From NCBI GenBank assembly GCA_963847625.1, contig CAWKAR010000003.1, positions 64,001 to 128,000 of the forward strand: a stretch of DNA of 64,000 nucleotides. Direction: 5' to 3'. Shown in pieces: positions 47,311-56,829 of the stretch. The position numbers and the translations under genes were made by a program. Numbering within the stretch: position 1 is the stretch's first letter; each line of letters opens with the position of its first letter. The DNA is from a candidate division FCPU426 bacterium (GTDB taxonomy: Bacteria > Oederibacteriota > Muellerivitia > Muellerivitales > Muellerivitaceae). The notes beneath the pieces were generated by a model. That model searched no databases, was not told the DNA's origin, and saw only the letters and a program-made list of their open reading frames with translations.

Positions 47311-48395
47311 TGTTTTTCGATAACTTCCTTCAATAAATTTTCCGCCGCGTCCTCACCGCGCCCGCCTGAGGTTTTCAAATCCAAGTATAACTGGATGGGG
47401 GAAACCACAGGCACCCCCTTTTCGTTTTTCGACCCGTAGTAAACCCCTTCGTCATAGGGCCTCACTAGGAACACATTCTCCCCGCTCTCAACCCTTTTTA
47501 GTTCCATTCGTGCTATCCAAAAATCAATATCATCGACATAAAAGCTTATGGTTTTACTGCGAATATAAGGGGATAACAAATTCGATCCCGAGAAACTTGT
47601 CAGCGCGAACCTATTCGTGTAACCGATTATTTGCGAGCCCAAATCATTCCGGGATAAAACCTCCATCAGCTCCTCGTAAGATTTAAGGGTGTAAAAACGC
47701 TCGAAATGGTTGTCTTCGTTATACCGGTACCTGCCCGCCCATTCCATCAACAGTTCTTTTGGACGCGTCAATTGCAGGCCTTCTTTGGAAACGGATATCC
47801 ACTCGCGGGAATCCAGGAGATTTTTAACGTTTGATACCTGCCCCAAACTCACGTTTGCCTCTTGGGCAAGATCCTGCATCTTCCAGGTTTTTTGGGGGTC
47901 GTTTAAAAGAACCCTGATGACACGGGCGGCTTTTGGATAATAAAGCGTCACTAAATCACGCCGCTTCACGAAGGGGTTGGCGGCACCTTTGAATTCAATA
48001 TAAACATCATCAAAAGCAAGCCGGCAATTCCCCGCGAAATCCAGGGTTCCAACACCCGCCTCATGGCATATCTCAGCCGTCTGTTCGGAGATGTAAGGCG
48101 CCACCATGACACCGTAAGAATTGGAATAACCTTTCCTGGTATATTCCTGGATTTGGTGTATGACTTGTCTCGCTTCCCGTGGCTGGCCATTCGCCTTCAC
48201 TTCAAACAGAATATTTTTCGTAGTGTTATCTAATCTTTTTAAACAAAGGATCAAATCCGGGCCCAATGTGTTGGGATCGGTTTTTTTAAGGCTAATAGAC
48301 AATTTGGATATGCTTCGAAAACGCTCATTTATTACTATTTCAGCGTTTTTAAGCATATCATCAAAGTTTTTCATTGGATTAATTAGTTTCATCAT
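47298..48395 (-). CDS. AbiEi-like type IV TA antitoxin
   Basis: FEVK/APYIS domain, HTH (LAQEANVSLGQVS), VSPIQLYLDL...GRGEDAAE; overlaps the toxin gene. Confidence 0.8.
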   Translation of the reverse strand: MMKLINPMKNFDDMLKNAEIVINERFRSISKLSISLKKTDPNTLGPDLILCLKRLDNTTKNILFEVKANGQPREARQVIHQIQEYTRKGYSNSYGVMVAPYISEQTAEICHEAGVGTLDFAGNCRLAFDDVYIEFKGAANPFVKRRDLVTLYYPKAARVIRVLLNDPQKTWKMQDLAQEANVSLGQVSNVKNLLDSREWISVSKEGLQLTRPKELLMEWAGRYRYNEDNHFERFYTLKSYEELMEVLSRNDLGSQIIGYTNRFALTSFSGSNLLSPYIRSKTISFYVDDIDFWIARMELKRVESGENVFLVRPYDEGVYYGSKNEKGVPVVSPIQLYLDLKTSGGRGEDAAENLLKEVIEKQWQI

Positions 48396-48770
48396 TTGTT
48401 GAAATAGTACTATTTAATGAAAATTATGTCAATATTCACTATTTATTATAAGTTTATGTCTCTACAGACCACCCTGTTTATACTGGTTTTGTGACTTTCT
48501 AAGGAAAAATGGATTTTTGCAGTGTTATTGAAAAGGGCTGGAATTTTCCCATCGCCGGCTAACACGAAAAGAATGAAGTGGATCTGCGGGAAGTTCAAGG
48601 CGGGGAAAGGGTGAGAAATGCCCCACACAATCATTAGACGAAACAATGGCCGTAAAGGTTCCGCCATAACCGAGGTTAAAATTGGCCTTTTTCCCTTGTC
48701 CAATACACCTCCCCCAAGTGGACAAGCTAGACCTTGAAACAGAAACCGCACCTGTTATTAACAACAACTT

Positions 48771-49091
48771 TTATGATTTAACCATAATCAACATCATCTT
48801 AAACCGCTCCGTTGCCTTCAGGGCATGCGGCTTGTTAGCCGGCATTAATATCATCTCACCCGCTTTAACATGAGAGGGTTTTCCCTCTATCGTAACTTCC
48901 GCCTTCCCGTCAAAAATATAAACCAATGCGTCAAAAGGGGCCGTATGCTCGCTTAATCCCTGCCCCTTGTCAAAAGCGAAGACGGTCACGGTTCCTTTGT
49001 CCTTGCGTATAATTTCTTTGCTGACAACAGAACCATCTTGATAGTTCACCGATTCAACTAATACTTGGACCTGCCCAATGAAGCTTTCCAT
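48771..49091 (-). CDS. Cupin domain protein
   Basis: FAFDKGQGLSEHTAPFDA, MPANKPHAL. Confidence 0.88.
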   Translation of the reverse strand: MESFIGQVQVLVESVNYQDGSVVSKEIIRKDKGTVTVFAFDKGQGLSEHTAPFDALVYIFDGKAEVTIEGKPSHVKAGEMILMPANKPHALKATERFKMMLIMVKS

Positions 49092-49119
49092 TATTCCACC
49101 TTAACAAGCCTATATATCG

Positions 49120-49536
49120 CTAACGCCGCCCCCGCTTTGAATTGTCAACAGACCACTTCCCCCCGCCCTTAGCGGCGATAAAGAGAAATACAAAGCAGTA
49201 AATCACCGCCAGCTCGCCGTGGTTGACGATCGGGAAAAAGTTGCTGTCGAACGCGAACTTCCAATGGAATTGAAAATAGGCCACCGCCATCTGACCGCTG
49301 GCCAGAAACGCGGCGAAGGTCGTTCTCAACCCCGCCAAAATCAACAACCCACACACCAATTCAATGATGCCGCCAACCCACAATTGGGACCCCACCGGAG
49401 GTCTCATACTGGGATCGGTCAACAACCCCAAAATCTTTTGGGCTCCATGAAACGAGAACAGAAAACCAGACACGATCCGCAATAAACCGTAGGTTTCCTC
49501 GGAATACTTCAAAAGATGCTGCTCAAATTTACTCAT
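49120..49536 (-). CDS. DoxX family membrane protein
   Basis: LLRIVSG, HGAQK, ASGQMAVAYF, NHGELA. Confidence 0.9.
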   Translation of the reverse strand: MSKFEQHLLKYSEETYGLLRIVSGFLFSFHGAQKILGLLTDPSMRPPVGSQLWVGGIIELVCGLLILAGLRTTFAAFLASGQMAVAYFQFHWKFAFDSNFFPIVNHGELAVIYCFVFLFIAAKGGGKWSVDNSKRGRR

Positions 49537-49565
49537 ATATCCGTGCCTCCCTTCATTTTATGCAA

Positions 49566-50039
49566 TTATTCCTCGTCGATTTGTTCTACGAGGTAGTTCT
49601 TCAAATCCATTTGTTTGATTTGGTCCTGCTGAGCTTCAAGCCAGTCGATATGGGCCTCTTCGTCCTTAAGAATCGCTTCGAGGAGATCCCTGGTGCCGTT
49701 GTCCCCTAGTTCGGAAGCCAGTTTTATTGCGGCGTTATATGCCTTAATGGCGCTTTCCTCGGCGGTCCAGTCGTTCTTGATTTGCTCGGGTACGTCGGCG
49801 CCGATATGGATGGCTAGGAGCTTCGAGACGATGGGCACTCCCTCTAGGAATAGGATCCTGCCGATGAGCTTCTCGGCATGTTTCATCTCATCCTTGGCGC
49901 GTTTTTCAGTCATCTTGTGGAGCCGCCCGTAACCCCAGTTGGCGCACATTTCCGAATGAACCATATATTGGTTGACGGCGGTAAGCTCGTCAGATAATTG
50001 TGTGTTCAACGTCTCAATGATCTTTGGATTGCCTTTCAT
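49566..50039 (-). CDS. bfr: Bacterioferritin
   Basis: MKGNPK, ELTAVNQY, DEMKHA (heme Met), DEEAHID. Confidence 0.95.
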   Translation of the reverse strand: MKGNPKIIETLNTQLSDELTAVNQYMVHSEMCANWGYGRLHKMTEKRAKDEMKHAEKLIGRILFLEGVPIVSKLLAIHIGADVPEQIKNDWTAEESAIKAYNAAIKLASELGDNGTRDLLEAILKDEEAHIDWLEAQQDQIKQMDLKNYLVEQIDEE

Positions 50040-50118
50040 TTCATTTTCTCCTATTAAAAGTTGATTAATAAAGATTCTAACATTTTGATAGACCGAGTTT
50101 AAAATTAAGAAACTTGGT

Positions 50119-50691
50119 TTAGGCCCCGAATCTGGTTCCGGCTTCGGCCCAGTCGATGGCTTTCAGGAAGGCCTGCACGTAATCGGGCTTGGCCAGACCA
50201 TAATCCACCATATAGGCATGCTCGAACACGTCCCCCAAGAGGACCGGCACGGAGCCAGCCGGATATCCCGCATCGTGCTCGTTGATCCAAACGTTGAACA
50301 GTTTTTTCCCGACCGGGTCGTAAGTCAAAGCCGCCCAGCCTATGCCCCGCATGCCGCACACGGCCGCGAAGGCCTTTTTCCAATTATCCACCGAGCCGAA
50401 ATCAGCCTTGATCTGACCAGCTAGTTTTCCCGAGGGCTCGGCTTGCTTCGGGACCTTGGTCATGTTCCCAAAGTAAAGTTCATGCAGTCTCATGCCATTG
50501 AACTCCCATCCAAATCTTCTCTTCAGTTCCGCGAAACCCGGGGTGCCGGCTTCGGCCTTCTCCAAAAGCTCCACGACCTTGTTCACGTTGGTCACATAAC
50601 CTTCATAAAGCTTAAAATGGTTCTTCAACAGAGTTTCGCTGAAGCCGGGTGTCCCGATCAGGCTTGAAAAATCTTTTGGCTGGTAAGGCAT
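50119..50691 (-). CDS. sod: Fe/Mn superoxide dismutase (ChrC-like variant)
   Basis: NHFKLYEGYV, LHELYF, DVFEHAY. Confidence 0.9.
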   Translation of the reverse strand: MPYQPKDFSSLIGTPGFSETLLKNHFKLYEGYVTNVNKVVELLEKAEAGTPGFAELKRRFGWEFNGMRLHELYFGNMTKVPKQAEPSGKLAGQIKADFGSVDNWKKAFAAVCGMRGIGWAALTYDPVGKKLFNVWINEHDAGYPAGSVPVLLGDVFEHAYMVDYGLAKPDYVQAFLKAIDWAEAGTRFGA

Positions 50692-50955
50692 GTTCCCCTC
50701 CTTGGTTTGTATTTGATACAAGCAAATCATTTCACGTCTCAAACGCGGCGCTTCTCCTTTTTCAAATGAATTTTTATCTAATTATCGTCTTAATCATCCG
50801 ATTCAGTTTCCGCCACCACCGCTTTTAAAACTCCCAAAAAGAGCTCAATGAACCAATCCCCGTCATAACGGAAGCCGGTCAACTTTAACGTCGAGGGCCT
50901 CAGCGATTTTCATTGAGTAAGTCTTTTGGGGGAATAAAAAAGCATGTTCGGTCCC

Positions 50956-51468
50956 TCAGGCATTGGCTTTGGCGGCCTTCAAAGCCTTTTCATAGTCTGG
51001 TTCTTCGGTGACTTCCTTGACGATTTCCACGTGTTTCACCTTGCCATCCTTGCCTATGACGAAAAGGGACCTGGCTTCCAGCCGGAGTTCCTTGATATGG
51101 GTTCCATAAGCATTCCCAAAGCCCATTTCCCGGTGGTCCGACAGGGTCTGGATTTTTATATTCTCGACACCGCAAAAACGGGCCTGTGCGAAGGGCAGGT
51201 CGGCGGTGATGGTTAAAACCTCGATGGTTTTAGGCAGACGCCCGATTTCCAGGTTGAACTTCCGGGTCTGGATGGCACAAACCGGGGTATCTAGGGAAGG
51301 CGCCACCGATAAAATCAGGGTCTTCCCCTTAAATTGGTCCAGGGTCACTTCCTGTAGGCTGTTATTCAGAAGTTTGAAATTGGGGGCCGGGTCCCCCACC
51401 TTGATTTCAGGCCCGATCAAAGTCAACGGCTTTCCCTTAAAAGTGATGACTCCCAAACGTTCTTGCAT
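50956..51468 (-). CDS. tpx: Thiol peroxidase
   Basis: PSLDTPVC, ADLPFAQARFC, EPDYE. Confidence 0.95.
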   Translation of the reverse strand: MQERLGVITFKGKPLTLIGPEIKVGDPAPNFKLLNNSLQEVTLDQFKGKTLILSVAPSLDTPVCAIQTRKFNLEIGRLPKTIEVLTITADLPFAQARFCGVENIKIQTLSDHREMGFGNAYGTHIKELRLEARSLFVIGKDGKVKHVEIVKEVTEEPDYEKALKAAKANA

Positions 51469-51778
51469 AACATCCTCCCTTTTTATTTCATTCAGATATC
51501 GGCAATGGGCGGTTGCTCCCAGTTTAAAACTAAGCGCATCCGATAACAGCTATCAACCGGAATATCCCAAATTAACTTGCCCGACTACGATGCCAGGTAA
51601 TTTGTTGCTTCATTTTATTGCCCTCAACGGTTGCTTACCCAGATTTTTTTGAGGGAGAGGGCCAAATTCGCTTTATGGATCACATCGCGCTAAAAAAGGA
51701 AGTCTTTCACTCCCCTGATCCTATTTTCCCAAACTAGGATTTTTTTGGAAAAAAAGCAATGTACATCGGCCATACACC

Positions 51779-52441
51779 TTACGCTTTGTCCGGAACGGAT
51801 GGCTTTGACGGCAACTTTATTTCATAAAAATGATCGCAGGCCGGGCATCGAATGACCTTCATGTCGGACGGCAGGTGAACATCGTAAGCCGCCGCGCAAT
51901 GGGAACAGGCGGTTTTTAACCCAGTCGGTCGAGAGGTGGAATAATCAAATAGGGCCATGCCCGTCGCGTCGTTGAAATAGGAACCGACCGCCGCCGAAGA
52001 CAGGAGTTCCATCTGGGCCTCAGGCAAGGCAGCCGACGCCGCCTTGTCGCTCTCATACCCCTCGGCGATCTTCACAACATAATCCATCCAGGCGTTGGTG
52101 ATGTAAAAAGTCACATAGTGTTTTAAACCGGGTATTCGGAGTGAAATCCGCTTTAAGTCCTCGCAATGTTCGAAAACCCAAACATCCTTGTCCTTTACAA
52201 TACCGGGTTCCTCCCAAAACCGGGCCCGAGGATCGGATGGCGGTGGAAGGTCCCGGCATAAAATCAAAAATAAGGCGTCGGAAACCCGAAGTTGCTTCTG
52301 AAAGTCCTCAAAAGCAGCCCTGCCGTCGATTTGCTCGTAGTACTTCCAAACCGTCCCGACCCTGACCGTAAAGAACACCTTCTCAAAAAACGGCTTGAAC
52401 CGTTGGTCCGAGAGGCTGTCAACAATAAGGATTTGACGCAT
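51779..52441 (-). CDS. Hypothetical protein: TIR-like N-terminus, C-terminal Zn ribbon
   Basis: Flavodoxin-like beta/alpha pattern; CSHC...CPAC. Confidence 0.55.
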   Translation of the reverse strand: MRQILIVDSLSDQRFKPFFEKVFFTVRVGTVWKYYEQIDGRAAFEDFQKQLRVSDALFLILCRDLPPPSDPRARFWEEPGIVKDKDVWVFEHCEDLKRISLRIPGLKHYVTFYITNAWMDYVVKIAEGYESDKAASAALPEAQMELLSSAAVGSYFNDATGMALFDYSTSRPTGLKTACSHCAAAYDVHLPSDMKVIRCPACDHFYEIKLPSKPSVPDKA

Positions 52442-52507
52442 GGTAAACCATTCCTTTTTCCAGTTACTGACTTATTTTTTGAAACCTATAAAACGGTCCC
52501 AGTTCCC

Positions 52508-52729
52508 TTAATCTTCGGCGATCAGGACAAACTCGGTCCTTGGTGCATGGCAGGAAGGGCAAGAATCTGAAAACTTTCCACCCCTCGGCATGAGTTCGCC
52601 GCATTGCAAACATTTCCAAAGGATTTCGGTTTGACCGGTCAGGGCGTCGTAATGGTATTCCCCTGCCGGAGCAGGGGGGGTATGCGATGGGGTGCTGGCA
52701 TGTGGAATTTTCCTTTTTTGGGGTGACAT
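52508..52729 (-). CDS. Small rubredoxin-like protein
   Basis: WKCLQCG...CPSCHAP..EF..IAED. Confidence 0.75.
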   Translation of the reverse strand: MSPQKRKIPHASTPSHTPPAPAGEYHYDALTGQTEILWKCLQCGELMPRGGKFSDSCPSCHAPRTEFVLIAED

Positions 52730-52899
52730 TGTAACAGACTCCTGGGCCCTAACCGGTCGTATTTTTCCCATCCCTATTCAAAATGGAAGCTTTATCCCCG
52801 CTTTTCCCTGTCCCTTCACTTTAACTCCATTTTTTTTAATCCCCGTCGCAGTCTTGTAATAAAGCTAGGTTGTCCCTAAATGAATAGAAAGGGGATGCC

Positions 52900-53328
52900 A
52901 TGGAAACAGAAGTTCATGTCAATCAAAGGTCCGTCACGGCATTGCTGATGTTCGACGGGTTTTGCAACATGTGCGGCAGGATCGCCCGGTTCATTATGCG
53001 CCGGGACAAGCACCAGAAATTCATTTTTATCACCCTTCAATCCGGGAGGGCGAAGGAAATTTTACGGATGAATGGCCTGAACGCCTTGGACATGGGTTCC
53101 TTCGTGCTGGTCCAGGACGGCCGGGCCCGCCTTAAGTCGGACGCGATCCTGGGCGTTTTGGAGGAAATGGGAGGCTGGCTGGACTGGATGCGTGTTTTCA
53201 GGCTGGTCCCCGGCCCGTTCCGGGACTGGGTTTACGACCTCATGGCACGCAACCGTTACCGTCTCTTCGGAAAAAGCAACCAATGCATGAGGCCCAATCC
53301 GGAATTCAAAGACCGGTTTCCGGAATAA
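52900..53328 (+). CDS. DCC1-like thiol-disulfide oxidoreductase
   Basis: FDGFCNMC, LQS, YDLMARNRYRLFGK. Confidence 0.9.
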   Translation: METEVHVNQRSVTALLMFDGFCNMCGRIARFIMRRDKHQKFIFITLQSGRAKEILRMNGLNALDMGSFVLVQDGRARLKSDAILGVLEEMGGWLDWMRVFRLVPGPFRDWVYDLMARNRYRLFGKSNQCMRPNPEFKDRFPE

Positions 53329-53389
53329 GGTTCGGAGGTTTGTCGCTTCAAAGGGGCTTTTGGAAAATCCCAGGACCGTGTTCTTCCCT

Positions 53390-54004
53390 TTATGGATTCA
53401 TGCAACCTTGGGCCTTTGACACGACCAAGCGCAGGGACCGCAAGACCGGCCTGCCGCCGGGTAGTTCGCTGGCCATCTCGTAGCGCGGTACGGTGGGTTC
53501 CACCGCGATCGACCATGCGTCGATGCCTCCGGTCATGGACTTGACGTTCGTGAAACCGTGGCCCGCAAAATAAGCGGCGGCATCCAGGCTTCTCTCCCCC
53601 CGGTGGCAGTAAAAGACAATGGGTGTCTTCTTGGGCCAACCGATGATTTCCCTCGCCAAATCCTCGGTGATGAGTACCGCGCCGGGAATTCTGGCCATTT
53701 CCCACTCCTCGGGGGTCCTCACATCGATCAGACGCGGTGGGTGGAGGCTCATCAGGGCCTTCGCCACGTTTATGGGGCTTTCCTGGATGCGTCCTTCATT
53801 TTTTTCGGCTTCCTTGATGAAGCGGATGACCTCGTCGAGGTCGGACAGACCGCGCTTACTCACCACGTCTTCCAGGATGTCCTGCGGCTCGTAACCGCAG
53901 CTGTGGCATCCGCCGATGTGGTAGCGCCGGAAGAGCGCGCGCTGGACGCTCGGATAGGCCTCCAGGACCTCCTGCATGGTACTTCGTTTCGAAATGGTAG
54001 CCAT
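53390..54004 (-). CDS. Rhodanese domain protein with Cys-containing N-terminal domain
   Basis: GGCHSCG; IDVRTPEEW, YCHRGERS, GGIDAW. Confidence 0.88.
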   Translation of the reverse strand: MATISKRSTMQEVLEAYPSVQRALFRRYHIGGCHSCGYEPQDILEDVVSKRGLSDLDEVIRFIKEAEKNEGRIQESPINVAKALMSLHPPRLIDVRTPEEWEMARIPGAVLITEDLAREIIGWPKKTPIVFYCHRGERSLDAAAYFAGHGFTNVKSMTGGIDAWSIAVEPTVPRYEMASELPGGRPVLRSLRLVVSKAQGCMNP

Positions 54005-54100
54005 TGGTTTCTCCCCTTTTTTACCGCTGAATTCCGTACTAAATCGTTATAAAAAATCTACGCCGGCCCTCCCTCGGAAATCAAGAGGTCATCCACGCGT

Positions 54101-55036
54101 TTATCCCTTCGCCTCCTCGAAAAGCCAGGTGGAAAGGTATCGTTCGCCCGTATCCGGTACGATGACGACAATCGTCTTACCCTTGTTTTCGGGCCGCTTG
54201 GCAACTTGAATCGCCGCCCAAACGGCCGCGCCGCAGGAAATGCCGGCCAGGATTCCTTCCTTACGGGCCAGTTGCCGCGCGATCTCCCCGGCGTTCTCGT
54301 GGCTGACCCGGATGACCTCATCGATGATTTCTCGGTTCAGGATAGCCGGGACAAAACCCGCCCCGAGGCCCTGGATTTTGTGGGGTGCCGGCGCCCCGCC
54401 CGACAAAACAGGTGAGGCGTCGGGTTCCACCGCGATAGCCTTGAAGGAAGGTTTGCGCTTCTTGATAACTTCCGCCACTCCCGTGATAGTGCCGCCGGTT
54501 CCCACCCCGGAGATGAGGATGTCCACCTTGCCGTCGGTGTCCGCCCAAATTTCCTCCGCCGTGGTTTTGCGGTGGATTTCGGGGTTCGCGGGATTGTTGA
54601 ATTGCTGGGGGATGAAGCTGTTGGGGGTTTCTTTGGCCAGTTCCTCGGCCTTCGCGATCGCCCCTTTCATTCCCTTCGGCCCCTCGGTCAAGATCAGTTC
54701 GGCGCCAAAAATCTTAAGGAGCTGGCGTCTCTCCAAACTCATGGTTTCCGGCATGGTGAGGATGAGCTTGTACCCCTTGGCGGCGGCCACGAACGCCAGG
54801 GCTATCCCGGTGTTGCCGCTGGTGGGTTCAATGATGACGGTGTCTTTCTTGAGAACCCCGCGCTTCTCGGCATCCTCGATCATTGCCAGGCCAATCCGGT
54901 CCTTCACGCTGGACAAGGGATTGAAGGATTCCAGCTTGGCCAGTACGGTCGCCACCACCCCTTCGGTAACCCGGTTCAACTGCACCAGGGGAGTGCGGCC
55001 GATTGTCTTGGTTATATCGTCGTATATTTTAGCCAT
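54101..55036 (-). CDS. cysK: Cysteine synthase A
   Basis: [37 protein letters not shown]. Confidence 0.97.
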   Translation of the reverse strand: MAKIYDDITKTIGRTPLVQLNRVTEGVVATVLAKLESFNPLSSVKDRIGLAMIEDAEKRGVLKKDTVIIEPTSGNTGIALAFVAAAKGYKLILTMPETMSLERRQLLKIFGAELILTEGPKGMKGAIAKAEELAKETPNSFIPQQFNNPANPEIHRKTTAEEIWADTDGKVDILISGVGTGGTITGVAEVIKKRKPSFKAIAVEPDASPVLSGGAPAPHKIQGLGAGFVPAILNREIIDEVIRVSHENAGEIARQLARKEGILAGISCGAAVWAAIQVAKRPENKGKTIVVIVPDTGERYLSTWLFEEAKG

Positions 55037-55329
55037 GTTTCACCTCATGCTTTCCCGAGCGCTTGCTCGATGTCGGCGGGGGAACCGGCTAAAGGGATGG
55101 TCCCCGCGAAGTGTCGGTCTCCCGGATTAACTCCCGGGGCCGCTCCCGGGTTTTCCAGTGGACTGGGATACCGGTTATGGTGGGTGGTTAATGGGTCCGG
55201 TTTGTCCGGTCCCGATTAAAGGAACAACCATTGAAACACATAAATAATCTGGTCATAACGCCCCAAATATCAAGGGCCCCCGGAAACGCTTGCTCCGGGC
55301 CGTCCGGAGGGGGTATGGATTTAATTTCC

Positions 55330-56001
55330 TTAACGCTGGACCTTAATGTTAATCATGCCATTCTGAAGGGACCCATATAAACGAACCCACAAAGCCAGGT
55401 ACATTTCGGGACCCCTGGCGGCGGAAATATCCCCTAAATCCAAAATATCCGTCCAACCGAGGGACTTGAGAAGACCGGCGACCTTAGCCTTGGCATCCTT
55501 GTCATTACCTGCCATAAAAATGGTGTGATCCCCATTCTTAACTGATTTCGGATTAACCATAACAGGCGCCGCGATGGTATTGAGAGTCTTGACCACTTTG
55601 AGATTGGGAAAGGCATTTTGAATGTTCTCGGCGACTGAGCGGATTTGACCAGCAAGAACCGCCGGCGGCATGCCCTTGCTGAAATCCAACTCATTCGCCG
55701 TATCAATCAGGACTTTCGCACCGACTTGACTTGCTCCGGCCATTTGAAGAGCTTGTACCGATGCCTGTCCGTGGGTGGCATTGATGAGAATTTCCCCATG
55801 GTTTGCGGCCTCTTGAAAAGTGACTACTTTTGCCTTGTTTTGAATTTTCTCCAGCCACTCTTTTAGGCTTCCGGCCATGTTCTTTTTTTCGTCCAGTTTT
55901 TGAGGGTTTCTCGTTCCCAAAACCACGTCATTTCCCAATTCTACCAACCTGATCCCCAAGGTTTGACCCACTACACCTGATCCAATAATGCCAATTTTCA
56001 T
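55330..56001 (-). CDS. NADP oxidoreductase, F420-dependent family
   Basis: GIIGSGVVG, IDTAN, VVKTLNT, LDLG. Confidence 0.88.
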   Translation of the reverse strand: MKIGIIGSGVVGQTLGIRLVELGNDVVLGTRNPQKLDEKKNMAGSLKEWLEKIQNKAKVVTFQEAANHGEILINATHGQASVQALQMAGASQVGAKVLIDTANELDFSKGMPPAVLAGQIRSVAENIQNAFPNLKVVKTLNTIAAPVMVNPKSVKNGDHTIFMAGNDKDAKAKVAGLLKSLGWTDILDLGDISAARGPEMYLALWVRLYGSLQNGMINIKVQR

Positions 56002-56209
56002 ATCATTCCCCTTAACCTTCTTAAACTTTTAATTCAGGGTAATACTATTGATAGGTTTTTATGGAAAGCAAGGCAAGATCTGGGATTTATTTTTTTGGTT
56101 GGAGGATCATCCAATGCGGGTCCCCGTTGTGGACGACGAAATATTTTTGATAAGAATTGCCGGACTTGCCTTTCTGATTGTTCATGGAATTTTGGCGAAA
56201 ACGCGGAGG

Positions 56210-56743
56210 TTAACTTTCTTCATTGGAAAGGTTGGGGGTGTCTTTGATGGAGAAGGTCAAAAGTCGGCAAAGCTGGGTTTTTTCCTTTTCTTCCACCAGC
56301 CGGTCTACCACAGGATAAAGTGTCCGGTTTTCCCTTGCTGAATGCTGTTCCATGTATTTTTTGAATTGGGCTTCATCGTCGAATAAGGCGATGATTTCCT
56401 TCCAATTGGAGTCGCTACGGCTCAAGCGGGAGGCCCGCAGGGTGATCCGGTTGAACCATTCCGTGATTTTTTTGTGTTCCGAAGAAATAACCTCGGTTTC
56501 GTCACCCTGGGATTGATCAACCTTTTGGCGGTAGATGGGCAGCAGAATCTCATCTTCTTCCCTCATGTGATTGAAAAGGGCTTTGCCTAAAGTCTTCAAC
56601 ATTGCCTTGGCTTGGATTAAATCGCTCTTGAGGATAGCCACTTGGTGGTTTTCGAACAATTCATGCATTTCACGGTGGATATTGTTCAAGTCTAAGAGAG
56701 TGCGCGATTGGAATTCCATCATTTTAGGTTTTCCTGAATTCAA
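56210..56743 (-). CDS. Hemerythrin-like domain protein
   Basis: H...HMREEDEILLP...SEH...HSARENRTLYP. Confidence 0.8.
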   Translation of the reverse strand: MNSGKPKMMEFQSRTLLDLNNIHREMHELFENHQVAILKSDLIQAKAMLKTLGKALFNHMREEDEILLPIYRQKVDQSQGDETEVISSEHKKITEWFNRITLRASRLSRSDSNWKEIIALFDDEAQFKKYMEQHSARENRTLYPVVDRLVEEKEKTQLCRLLTFSIKDTPNLSNEES

Positions 56744-56829
56744 TATTTCTTATCGTAGTACCCCACCATGTAAATGATCCGATTGACCGGTTTATCCTAA
56801 ATCGCAGACTAACGGACATGGTGCAATAG

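Larger units (their letters stand above)
31730..48451. mobile_element. Integrative element with minimal T4SS-like operon; right boundary uncertain
   Basis: tRNA-adjacent integrase and excisionase, VirB4-containing operon, XRE regulator, AbiE-type TA pair. No partner att site found. Confidence 0.65.

Noticed and set aside
48446..48767. Two short overlapping minus-strand ORFs
   Set aside because: No motifs or clear SD; probably intergenic or a decayed junction.
51480..51700. SAM-I riboswitch suggested by GGTTGC motifs upstream of tpx
   Set aside because: The other conserved elements (ATC..GAG P1, GGTGC/AA.TCC) are not in the required order.
54240..55130. 296-aa plus-strand ORF
   Set aside because: Antisense shadow of cysK.
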